A stretch of 62,415 bases of DNA, the filler included, from Globobulimina sp. (taxonomy: Eukaryota): assembly GCA_003354225.1 (NCBI GenBank). It is 31 parts of 31 records of this genome, joined end to end, with 100 filler letters (N's around TTAATTAATTAA, not from the genome) between each part and the next. Parts side by side here need not be neighbours in the genome. Positions count along the whole stretch, not along the records: positions 36,313 to 38,228 come from PIVH01010623.1; positions 38,329 to 40,244 come from PIVH01010624.1; positions 40,345 to 42,260 come from PIVH01010625.1; positions 42,361 to 44,276 come from PIVH01010626.1; positions 44,377 to 46,292 come from PIVH01010627.1; positions 46,393 to 48,308 come from PIVH01010628.1; 25 more parts are not named here. The stretch is one strand, 5' to 3'. A program made the position numbers and the translations under genes. Positions 37,102-46,436 of this stretch are shown one piece after another. The first letter of the stretch is position 1; each line of letters opens with the position of its first letter. Below the pieces are notes generated by a model. The model had not been told where the DNA came from. It made no database searches and saw only the letters and a list, made by a program, of their open reading frames with translations.

Positions 37102-37557
37102 TCATACAAATTGTTTCCTGCTTTTCCAGAGTCCATTTAAAGGTAATACAGGAATATACATTGGTCTTTCAGTAACATCTTTTTTTATCAATTTAAAACA
37201 CCCTAATATCGGTCTATCTTTTTGAATAATTTTAGGACTGTTACTTTTCGAATTTGCAATTGCCTGTGGTTTCATTTTTGGTCTACGATGTTTATTAATA
37301 TTATACGACGCACATATCGCATTATTATTATTTGCGCTTTTTAAGATGTGAATGTTCAATGCTTTATACTTGCCGGTTGCTGAATTTCTAACACATTCAA
37401 AGGATACTTTAGTACCACTTTGAATATTTGTTGGGATGGGATATTCAGAAAAATGAAAAAATAAATCATCTAATTCTTTATTATGGTGAATAATAAAACC
37501 ATATCCTTTATCTTGATACAATGAGCCAATTACACCTGATCCCGCTCCTAATTGCAC
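37102..37557 (-). CDS. Cold-shock-domain-containing exon
   Basis: KGYGFI (RNP1), DLFFHFSE (RNP2), GTKVSFE, GKYKALNI; flanking exons not resolved. Confidence 0.8.
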   Translation of the reverse strand: MQLGAGSGVIGSLYQDKGYGFIIHHNKELDDLFFHFSEYPIPTNIQSGTKVSFECVRNSATGKYKALNIHILKSANNNNAICASYNINKHRRPKMKPQAIANSKSNSPKIIQKDRPILGCFKLIKKDVTERPMYIPVLPLNGLWKSRKQFV

Positions 37558-37801
37558 CTGAAAATCATACAAAAATATCATAACATAAATAAAATACAGC
37601 AAGCAGTATTACGATAAATACAAACATAATTTTATTTTTTGCATGGCAAAGGTCAAAAACGTCATAATACAATACATGCAAACAAAATAATTAGTGTCAA
37701 AATAACATAACTCTCCTTTTTCTTTTCGGCAGCATGATGCGAAGCTAAACAAATAAGTTTTTTGCTAAGAAAATTTTTAATTATTGTTCATTTTGAAAAT
37801 A

Positions 37802-38228
37802 ATGATAATGATTGGTTATTTCATTGTAATTGCGGTGATTACCACATATTCTGCAGATTTGATTGCACAAAGTCAACGATCAAACAATACACAAGCAATC
37901 AATCAAATACACAGTGAAGTTCAATATCTTGTTAATCAACAAAATTATCCGGCATTATCAAGACGTCTTTCCGCTGGTTCTCGCTATTTTGGCCATTTGG
38001 ACACATTGAATAATGTGTTATCATCATTATCCAGAGCTGATGCAATAATATTTATTTCCAATTTATTAACTGATTTGTTTGCAAGAGAACAATTCTTAGT
38101 GGTTTTGCGTTTAATTCATTCTGTAATGGATACACATTCCACATTACATTTTAATAGAAATAAAATACCATCAGAATGGAAAGCAATGCAATCTCAAGCA
38201 CTGCACCAACAAATCAGGGATCACGTAC
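37802..38228 (+). CDS. Hypothetical protein with probable signal peptide, 3' partial
   Basis: MIMIGYFIVIAVITTYSA then an open helical region. Confidence 0.55.
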
Positions 38229-38328
38229 NNNNNNNNNNNNNNNNNNNNNNNNNNNNNNNNNNNNNNNNNNNNTTAATTAATTAANNNNNNNNNNNNNNNN
38301 NNNNNNNNNNNNNNNNNNNNNNNNNNNN

Positions 38329-39095
38329 AGTGGTACCTGTATGGATGGTGCGCCTGGCCCGGGGGGCAAAGAGTGGAGTGAGCTTTGCCAATTTGAAGGT
38401 GCTTGAGGCTCTCCCGTACTGCTTGAAGTCCCACCGGGTCCGGGTGTCACACGGTGTGTGTTGACATAATAAGTAGACAGTGGTGGTGGTGGTGGTGGAT
38501 CTGGTTCCTTTATGTCTGGATTTAGTGGTTGTGGAAAACCAAATTGATTTGGTGGTGGTTGCTGTAGTTGCAATGGTGAGCCCAATACACCACTCAAAGG
38601 GGAACCTACATTTGGCAAAGGTTGCAATGGTGAGCCTAATGCAGGGTTATTGCGGTTATTGTTGTTATTGCCATTGCGATAAATATTGCGATTGCGAGGT
38701 ACGTTCTCAATGTGTTTTGCGTGTGGAGATGGTATCGGTTCTACATCTTTGAGGCTAACAGTTTTTTGGTTTTTGTTGTTGGCCTTGTCACGCATAATAT
38801 TCTCATAGTTTGTGATTCTTTTTCTTACAACGGCTGAGAATGAGTCTGCGGTTTGTGGATCCATTCCCAATTCGTTGCGACACCATTGAGCATTGCCAAG
38901 TTGGTTTCTTTTAAACTGTTGTCCGGTTATGTTTTGCACATTAAATTTCTCCTCGTGATCTGGGCCAAAATCCTCATCTAACACTTCAATCCATTGCGTT
39001 ATCACTTGATTATCCCAGTCGTTGAAATCTATGTGAAATCCCCAACCATGCAAACCTTCGTCTTGCAGGTTGTACTTCGCTTTGGGGGCTGCCAT
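38329..39095 (-). CDS. SAM-like module + proline-rich protein, 3' partial
   Basis: N-terminal module 58/91 identical to that of the 18281 protein; then N-rich, GSPLQ-repeat and poly-Pro segments. Confidence 0.85.
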
Positions 39096-39146
39096 GTTAA
39101 AAGTGAAGTAAAAGATTCATTATCAAAACAATATTGGTCGAACGTA

Positions 39147-39188
39147 GGGAATGTTCTAGTATTACGTAAAGGGAATGTTCTAGCATTA
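39147..39188 (+). repeat. Two truncated copies of the MITE left end
   Basis: GGGAATGTTCTAGTATTACGTAA (39147-39169) and GGGAATGTTCTAGCATTA (39171-39188). Confidence 0.85.
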
Positions 39189-39219
39189 TCATTATCAAAA
39201 AAATAATTTCGTCGCCTTA

Positions 39220-39401
39220 GGGAATGTTCTAGTATTACGTAATTGGAATTGATACCTAGGACCTAGGTGTCGTTAATTGTAATAAATTGTAATAACTTGT
39301 TTTTGCAAGCTGGTCACTCCGATCTCAATTGTAATAAATTGCAATTGATGACACCTAGGTCCTAGGTATCAATTCTAATTACGTAATACTAGAACATTCC
39401 C
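39220..39401. mobile_element. 182-bp MITE, PIF/Harbinger (Tourist-like)
   Basis: 60-bp terminal inverted repeats starting GGGAATGTTCTAGTATTACG with 3 mismatches; TTA on both sides (39217-39219, 39402-39404); no coding capacity. Confidence 0.8.
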
Positions 39402-39453
39402 TTATGTGTTTTGTTCTTATTATAATTTTTATTCAACGTTCAGCCATATTGGT

Positions 39454-39526
39454 GGATCGAAGGTAAAATCGACCTTGTCCGAATATAGCAAGGGGATCGA
39501 AGGTAAATCGACCTTGTCCGAATATA
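39454..39526 (+). repeat. Near-tandem duplication of about 33 bp
   Basis: GGATCGAAGGTAAA(A)TCGACCTTGTCCGAATATA twice. Confidence 0.85.
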
Positions 39527-39606
39527 TCAGAAAAAGTATTGAAAAAAAAGCTAAAAATAGTTTCCCACCAATAAATGTTCAATTGTAAAAATATAAAATA
39601 AATGTT

Positions 39607-40244
39607 TTATTTCAAAAATTTATCCCATCTTCCTTTTCCACTTTTATTTTTCTTTCTTTTTTTTTGATTCTTGATACCAACATCGATTTTTTCATACACA
39701 AAATCTATCTCAGATTGGAATTCTTTCAAATCAATGGTACCATCTCCATTATGATCCATATCAACAAACGTTTTTGTAAATTTCGCAGCAGTTTTATTAT
39801 CCAACCTATTCAGAAACATTTCATATTCACTTTGATTCAAACCTTGAGTATCGCCATCATCCCGAAATTCCAGTTCATAAAACAAACTCAATAGATTTGT
39901 TTTCTCCACCTGGATTTGCAATGCTTTAAATTCACAAAATAACTTACTAACATCAGCCAAAAATTGTGCAATTTCTGCATTCTGCGATTTGGACTCAACT
40001 GTTAGCGCATTCTCTAATTTCCGAAAAGCTTTGATTTGTGCGGTTAAATCGTTATTACTGTCCATAACCTCATCCACGTCCTTTTGGAATGCATTGACGG
40101 ACAGTTGCAAGTTATCAGTGTCTTGCGATAGGTCCGACAGTATATCCTTCAATTTATCATTCTCTACGTCCAAACTCTGCATTTGTTCGTCAACTGAGCC
40201 ATATTTAAAAGTGCCATACATTCCAACTACTGCCCCTATTGCAC
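39607..40244 (-). CDS. Coiled-coil + EF-hand protein, 5' partial
   Basis: Canonical loop DHNGDGTIDLKE and a degenerate loop DDGDTQGLNQSE; coiled coil upstream. Confidence 0.8.
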
Positions 40245-40345
40245 NNNNNNNNNNNNNNNNNNNNNNNNNNNNNNNNNNNNNNNNNNNNTTAATTAATTAA
40301 NNNNNNNNNNNNNNNNNNNNNNNNNNNNNNNNNNNNNNNNNNNNA

Positions 40346-40576
40346 GAGCAGAAAGAGCCATCCAAATCGCAAAGAGAAGGGTTCAGTCCGTTTACTAAAC
40401 CAATGTCGCGAAAGGAGTCAGCAAAACAGTTGAACGGAGTGCGAAAATCCATTGCTTCTCAGCCGGATGATTTGAGTGATTCGGAGTTAATGTACGCACC
40501 GGGTCCGGCTGCCGATGATACGCCGGGACGTAATCAAACACCGCATACTCGGACTCCTCTGGACTATGGTTATTGA
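40346..40576 (+). CDS. C-terminal fragment of a hypothetical protein
   Basis: GC-richer open frame from the contig edge to TGA, followed by T-rich UTR-like DNA. Confidence 0.45.
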   Translation, partial: EQKEPSKSQREGFSPFTKPMSRKESAKQLNGVRKSIASQPDDLSDSELMYAPGPAADDTPGRNQTPHTRTPLDYGY

Positions 40577-40917
40577 TGCATTGTAATTTTGTTTTTTTTT
40601 CTTAAATTTGTTTTTGTGTTCGCATTTCATAAAAATTTGTACAATATTTCATAAAAATGTTTGTAATGTTATGATTACCGAAATTTTTTTATGTGTTTTT
40701 TCCTAAATTGTCTTTTTCTGATTTAATTTGAGAATGCATGTAATTTGTAATTTATTCTGGGCCGGTGTCAGATTTTTATGTTTGTTGATATTATGCATGT
40801 ATTCTTTGTGTAGTTTTGTTCTCCTTTCTTTTTCTCATTAATATTATATTTCCTTTTAGGTTTAACGTTTTTTTTCGAAAATACAAAAGTCGCGTCAGTG
40901 AGTTAAAAAAATCCTTA

Positions 40918-42081
40918 ATGTCGGCGGCGGCAAAAAAAAGAAATAAAAACAAGCAAAACAGAAGGAAAAATCCCAAAAATATGCAACAACGCAAAAGACC
41001 GCATGCAAAAACATCTAACAACAAATCAAAGAAAAAAGCAAAGACTGCAGGCGAATTAGAAACAAATTTGTCGTGGGGGATAGCAGTATTATTATTGTGT
41101 TTGATTGCATTTCTATTTATTTATTCCCAGCGCAACAAACAAACCATTGTTTCTATTGAAGCAGAACAAGAAAATGAAAACATTCAATCAGCACTGCGAT
41201 TAAAATACGATCATTCGTTTACAAAGCATAATAAACATTTAATATCCTCTGCCACTGACACAACAGCACCAACACCTTTTTTATTCAAAGCCAAAGTGCT
41301 ACAGCAATGGGGTCATAATAAGAATGATTTCACACAAGGTTTGGAAGTATTTGGTTATGACGGCAACAAACTAATTGTTTTAGAATCAACCGGTTTATAT
41401 AAACAATCTAAATTAAAATACGTCGAATTGGAATTGGGGGATGGCGGCGGGACAAATGTGAAACGGCTGAAATCTTTGCGGGACGATTATTTTGGGGAAG
41501 GCTGTACATTGTATTTTGATATTGCAACCGGAATGAAATATATTTATCAGTTGACCTGGAAAAAAAGGAAAGTCATTGTTTACGATTTGGAATTCAATGA
41601 AATAAAAGAGATTGAATTGCCAACAGAAATGAAGGAAGGGTGGGGAATATATTATGATTATAATTCGGGAGAATTTATAGCAACGGATGGCAGTACGAAT
41701 ATATTCTTTATTGAGGCAAAAAGATTCATTGTTACTCGACAAATGAGCGTTAAATATATGAATAATGACAGAGAGGCAAAGGAAAATAAGATTATAAGTT
41801 TAAGGAATTTGAATGAAATCGAAGTTGTCAATGGCTGGATTCTTGCAAACGTGTGGTACAATACAAATATTTATGTTATTTCTCCTTTTAATGGATTTGT
41901 GTATGGCATTATTGAATGTTGGGATATTTTCCCTGTTTCTATAAAAGGAGCAAATCATGCAGTTCTGAATGGGATTGCTTTTGATTCAATCAATAATCGA
42001 TTAATTATTACTGGCAAAAATTGGCCCAATATATTTGCGATTGAATTACCTCAGTTTATCATGGATAAATCAAGAGAATAA
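40918..42081 (+). CDS. Glutaminyl cyclase (plant/bacterial beta-propeller type) with N-terminal membrane anchor
   Basis: FTQGLE, ESTGLY, FGEG, QLTWK, EGWG, TDGS, LNEIE, ANVW, VLNGIA, TGKNWP; TM WGIAVLLLCLIAFLFIY. Confidence 0.93.
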   Translation: MSAAAKKRNKNKQNRRKNPKNMQQRKRPHAKTSNNKSKKKAKTAGELETNLSWGIAVLLLCLIAFLFIYSQRNKQTIVSIEAEQENENIQSALRLKYDHSFTKHNKHLISSATDTTAPTPFLFKAKVLQQWGHNKNDFTQGLEVFGYDGNKLIVLESTGLYKQSKLKYVELELGDGGGTNVKRLKSLRDDYFGEGCTLYFDIATGMKYIYQLTWKKRKVIVYDLEFNEIKEIELPTEMKEGWGIYYDYNSGEFIATDGSTNIFFIEAKRFIVTRQMSVKYMNNDREAKENKIISLRNLNEIEVVNGWILANVWYNTNIYVISPFNGFVYGIIECWDIFPVSIKGANHAVLNGIAFDSINNRLIITGKNWPNIFAIELPQFIMDKSRE

Positions 42082-42761
42082 GGCTAAGCTAACAATTTTA
42101 TTATATAATTCAAGAGTTGTTTTACGTATAAATAGGGTCAGTATACAAATGATTGATTTATTTGACTAAGTTGTTTAAAGTTTTTTGCAGGGCCGCCCCT
42201 AGATGCAGCCTAATGTAAGTCAATCGCAAAAGAAGTGAAATAAATTGTGAAGTCAGGTATNNNNNNNNNNNNNNNNNNNNNNNNNNNNNNNNNNNNNNNN
42301 NNNNTTAATTAATTAANNNNNNNNNNNNNNNNNNNNNNNNNNNNNNNNNNNNNNNNNNNNAGCTCTCGAACCATCGATATCCATCTATATATAATACATA
42401 TTCAAAAAAAATCATTCTAACCATTAGTTTATTAATATAAACATAAAAACATCTTGTTTTTCTCCGAGTAAACCAACAATATTTTCTGCTTTGAATGTTA
42501 AAATATTATTAAATGAATCAATATTTTTTGATAGTATTTCGTTTGATTCATTTATTTCGGATATTGCTGACATTGTCTGAATTAAAATTATTAAAGGCAC
42601 AGTTTTTTTAGTAAAAGATTTTTGTTTAGTTTACCAACTATTATTATGTGCGCAATGGAGCGTACTGCAATACCTTGTTTTTGAAGAAGAAATCGTGGAA
42701 TCCAAAAATGGCTGATTGGTTTATTATTATTATTATGCAAAGAAGCACTACAAATACAATC

Positions 42762-43820
42762 TTACATTTTACGCATCAATAACTCAAACATTTTATGCAT
42801 CAACAATTCTTTCCATCCCTCATTTTGAATGGTCTCAACATCCAATTGCCGCAATTCTTTGCATAACATTTTCATTTTCTTGCCATCAATTTGATCAATT
42901 CTAAATTGTAAAGATATTGAAAAAACGTGTTGGATAACTTTGAGATATGTTGCATCATCAATCAGGTCCTTGTCATTGTCCTGTAACAACCTGGCAAACC
43001 TACCATTATTTAATCCATATTCACCATGGCCATTATTTAATCCATACGATAATATGGTTCGAAATAAATCTGTTCTTCCATAGAAAATAACAGATTCAAT
43101 TGCTTCAGCAACAAATTCAACAGAAACATCAGCTTCAGAAAAATCCAAAACATATTTTATTACCGCAACATTCCTAAAATCAATATTATCAGCACCTGTT
43201 GGTATCGGTTTACCAGCACGCATTCCGGTATACCAATATCTAAATGACTGCAGTCTTTCATATAACGTTCCAAATAACAAAGTTGCCAAAGGGGTCAACG
43301 TTTCAATTTCAGCCGAAAGAGTGCAATTTTCCACACTGGAATTATATGTCATTTCCCAAATAAGTTGTAATGAATCTAACTTATCCTGGTTGACACCAAT
43401 AAATTCCAGGACGTCCTTTGGTGCATTGATGTAACGCTTCAAAATTTCAATATTTTGGGAAAGAAACTCGCGTAAAATATTAGCGTTTTTCACTTGTACC
43501 ATCATTCTATTTAACTTTGAAAAATAAAATTTATCCAATCCCAATAAATATTTTTTATGAATTGCCGCGAATTCCTCGACATCAACATCAACATCAACTT
43601 TTATGATATTTTTTACAACTCGAAGATCTGTGATAATTTGTTTTTGTTTTGAGTTCCGAGCACTTGCGCTGGATACTAATCGAGACGCTGTTTGTGAAGT
43701 GATAGGAAGCCAACTTTCAACTTTCTGATAAACGTCACGTGGTAAATTAGCACTTTTGGTTTTGGATAAGTATGTAATTGACATAAAAATAACAATGATT
43801 TGTATCATGTTTTGTAACAT
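42762..43820 (-). CDS. Putative secreted protein with F-box-like and degenerate ankyrin-like motifs
   Basis: MIQIIVIFMSITYLSKTKSA | NLPRDVYQKVESWLPITSQTASRLVSS ... AIESVIFYGRTDLFRTILSYG. The ORF is solid; the domain calls are tentative. Confidence 0.65.
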   Translation of the reverse strand: MLQNMIQIIVIFMSITYLSKTKSANLPRDVYQKVESWLPITSQTASRLVSSASARNSKQKQIITDLRVVKNIIKVDVDVDVEEFAAIHKKYLLGLDKFYFSKLNRMMVQVKNANILREFLSQNIEILKRYINAPKDVLEFIGVNQDKLDSLQLIWEMTYNSSVENCTLSAEIETLTPLATLLFGTLYERLQSFRYWYTGMRAGKPIPTGADNIDFRNVAVIKYVLDFSEADVSVEFVAEAIESVIFYGRTDLFRTILSYGLNNGHGEYGLNNGRFARLLQDNDKDLIDDATYLKVIQHVFSISLQFRIDQIDGKKMKMLCKELRQLDVETIQNEGWKELLMHKMFELLMRKM

Positions 43821-43999
43821 GTTACTGTTAGAATAATAATAATAGTCTGAGTTTGTCGGCGATTTAAAAAGTGTTTAATTTTTTGGCTTTGTTTTTGATT
43901 CTCCGCTTTGCGAATCAGCGTTGCTGTAATTATCATAATATTAGTAAACAGCTACATGGCTGATTTTGCAATTGCATTATTATCGAATTAATTTGATAC

Positions 44000-44105
44000 T
44001 GTAAAGATATTGAAAACACGTGTTGGATAACTTTGAGATATGTTGCATCATCAATCATCTTTCTGTCCTGTAACAACCCGGCACACCTACCATTATTTAA
44101 TCCAT
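44000..44105 (-). pseudogene. Duplicated fragment of the 3' part of the 42762-43820 gene
   Basis: Near-identical to 42907-43018 with a 6-bp indel; translates GLNNGRCAGLLQDRKMIDDATYLKVIQHVFSISLQ. Confidence 0.85.
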
Positions 44106-44514
44106 GACGATGCAACTATGCTAATATGGTATCCATGTGCGTAAAATACTAAAGGGGCCCCCTTTGCTGTCCCGGTAAACAGTAGGCCTCCGTTTCGTCT
44201 GACCGCTATTTCAAAAACACAATAATCGTCATCAAAAACAAAATATAGACATAGTACACAGGATATATTGTGTATTNNNNNNNNNNNNNNNNNNNNNNNN
44301 NNNNNNNNNNNNNNNNNNNNTTAATTAATTAANNNNNNNNNNNNNNNNNNNNNNNNNNNNNNNNNNNNNNNNNNNNTATTTTTCTGAAAATATTCTCCAT
44401 ACGAAAAACGACCCCAATAAGGTATTTTGTTTAGAAACGTATACCTAAATGCTATTCTGCGCAGTTACTAAAAATAGCATACATTAAAAGAAGACTCAGC
44501 GTCTTCACAGAAGG

Positions 44515-44523
44515 TATATAAAG
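44515..44523 (+). promoter_or_regulatory. Candidate TATA box
   Basis: TATATAAAG about 250 bp upstream of the zinc-finger ATG; weak evidence in AT-rich DNA. Confidence 0.25.
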
Positions 44524-44767
44524 GCTCTGTTTCGGCCATTGTTGACTTATTATTAGTATGTTTAGTTATATTCGTTTTAAATTTGTTATCACATCGAAAT
44601 TTTCCCTACTATATTTATGATTTGGTAGAAAAGAATTAAAAGGTTAAAAGAATTATTTATTCAAAAACATTAACGTTTTTAGATTTGGTAGGTTAATTTA
44701 CACCATTTAGGTGTTTCGATCTACAATGTTCTCATGTATTTCAGTTTGTAACAATACCGCTTACAAA

Positions 44768-45610
44768 ATGGTTAAAAATCAAAATCAAGGTATATGTAAA
44801 ACATGTAGAAAACTGGTTAAACATTTGCCAAACCATCGACGCAATCTGCACAATGAAAACCTGATTATTTGTGGATATTGTAATAAGAGTGTGACCGAAC
44901 AAAATCTGGCTCGCCATACAAAAACACATCATCCAGGCTTCAAGCCGAAACAACTCAATCAAGAAAAAATCTGCCCACATTGCAACCGAAACTTCGACTA
45001 TTCATCCAGTGAATTTTATGTGAACCATATTACTAGTTGTGTTAAAAATCCGGCATCAGACTTTCAACAGAGAGGTTTTCACTGCAATTTTTGCCCCAAA
45101 ATGTTTCTTACTGCGCACAATTTACTCCTTCATACGAAAAGACGACATGAATCAGATGCCGTTGAAGAAGGAGAGCCAGCGACCGAACTCGAAATTACAA
45201 CATTTGAAGAAAACCTTGACCCCGAAAAATTGTTTGTAAAAACAAAAGAGCATGGTAAAATTAGCGAAAGGTTTAAAGCATCTGAAAAAAATGTGCAGTT
45301 CAGGCTTAGTGAACTTGCGCTACGACTCTGCAGGGCTGGTTTGATACTTCCTGTTGTTGCAAAAATACTGACACATCTTATTGATATTGGTAATTACAAC
45401 CCAGAGAGCTTAATTGCTGTTACATTTGACAGTCATGGACTGGACCATGGTCACATTAGTCCTCTCCAAAAAGTGAAACATTTCCAAACTGAACTTTTCC
45501 TGATGGATTTCGAAAAGATAATAAACAGCAGTGATATCATTCGACTCCAAAATGAGGAATTAAACATTGAAATCCGAAACATTGACCTTGAAGGAATATT
45601 TGCAAGATAA
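44768..45610 (+). CDS. C2H2 zinc-finger protein (4 fingers)
   Basis: CKTC..HRRNLH, CGYC..HTKTHH, CPHC..HITSC, CNFC..HTKRRH; start could also be 44726. Confidence 0.85.
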   Translation: MVKNQNQGICKTCRKLVKHLPNHRRNLHNENLIICGYCNKSVTEQNLARHTKTHHPGFKPKQLNQEKICPHCNRNFDYSSSEFYVNHITSCVKNPASDFQQRGFHCNFCPKMFLTAHNLLLHTKRRHESDAVEEGEPATELEITTFEENLDPEKLFVKTKEHGKISERFKASEKNVQFRLSELALRLCRAGLILPVVAKILTHLIDIGNYNPESLIAVTFDSHGLDHGHISPLQKVKHFQTELFLMDFEKIINSSDIIRLQNEELNIEIRNIDLEGIFAR

Positions 45611-45987
45611 TAATATTCATAAATTGTTGATATTTTTGATATATACTGTATACATATATGCAGTACATTGCCAGATGATTACTTTACCACTGTTTTCAAA
45701 TAAAAACTAGATGAATTTACTTGTTCTGCAGATAAATGTTTACAAAAACATGATCACCTATCTGAGTAAGGTATTTATTAACCTTTATTATTAGATGAAT
45801 AGATGATTTGTAGTCGACTTAGGTATTTGACATTACTCTATGCATAAGGCGCCGCCCCTATTAACCATACAGTTTTCAGTCACCACTCAGTCGCCACAGA
45901 TCGTGTACAAAGTATAGGCCTCCTATACTTTGTGTGTGTTAGCACTCGCCACTGGGGCGGCTGAAATCGTGTACAAAGTATAGGCCT

Positions 45988-46292
45988 GAAACTTATAGAA
46001 AACATGTAGAAACCTATCAAAAACCTATAGAAACCTATCAAAACCTATAGAAACTTATCAAAAACTATAGAGAAACTATAGAAAACCTATAGAAACATAT
46101 CAAAAACCTATAGAAACCTATATAAAACCTGTAGAAACATATACCAAACTTATAGAAAACCTACATAAACATATCAAAAACCTATAGAAACCTATGTAAA
46201 ACCTGCAGAAACATATACCAAACTTATAGAAAACCTATAGAAACCTATAGAAACCTATCAAAACCTATAGAAAACATATAGAAGCATATCAA
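45988..46292. repeat. Minisatellite of 10-11 nt (AAACCTATAG-like) with a 74-bp higher-order unit
   Basis: Variants AAACCTATAG, AAACATATCA, AAACTTATAG; block at 46093 repeats at 46167; runs off the contig end. Confidence 0.92.
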
Positions 46293-46436
46293 NNNNNNNN
46301 NNNNNNNNNNNNNNNNNNNNNNNNNNNNNNNNNNNNTTAATTAATTAANNNNNNNNNNNNNNNNNNNNNNNNNNNNNNNNNNNNNNNNNNNNACACTTTA
46401 AAGTTTAAACTAAAAAAAAAACCTACTTTAGATACA

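Noticed and set aside
45988-46292. Telomeric repeat
   Set aside because: Too heterogeneous, and the C-rich strand runs toward the contig end, the wrong polarity for a terminus there.
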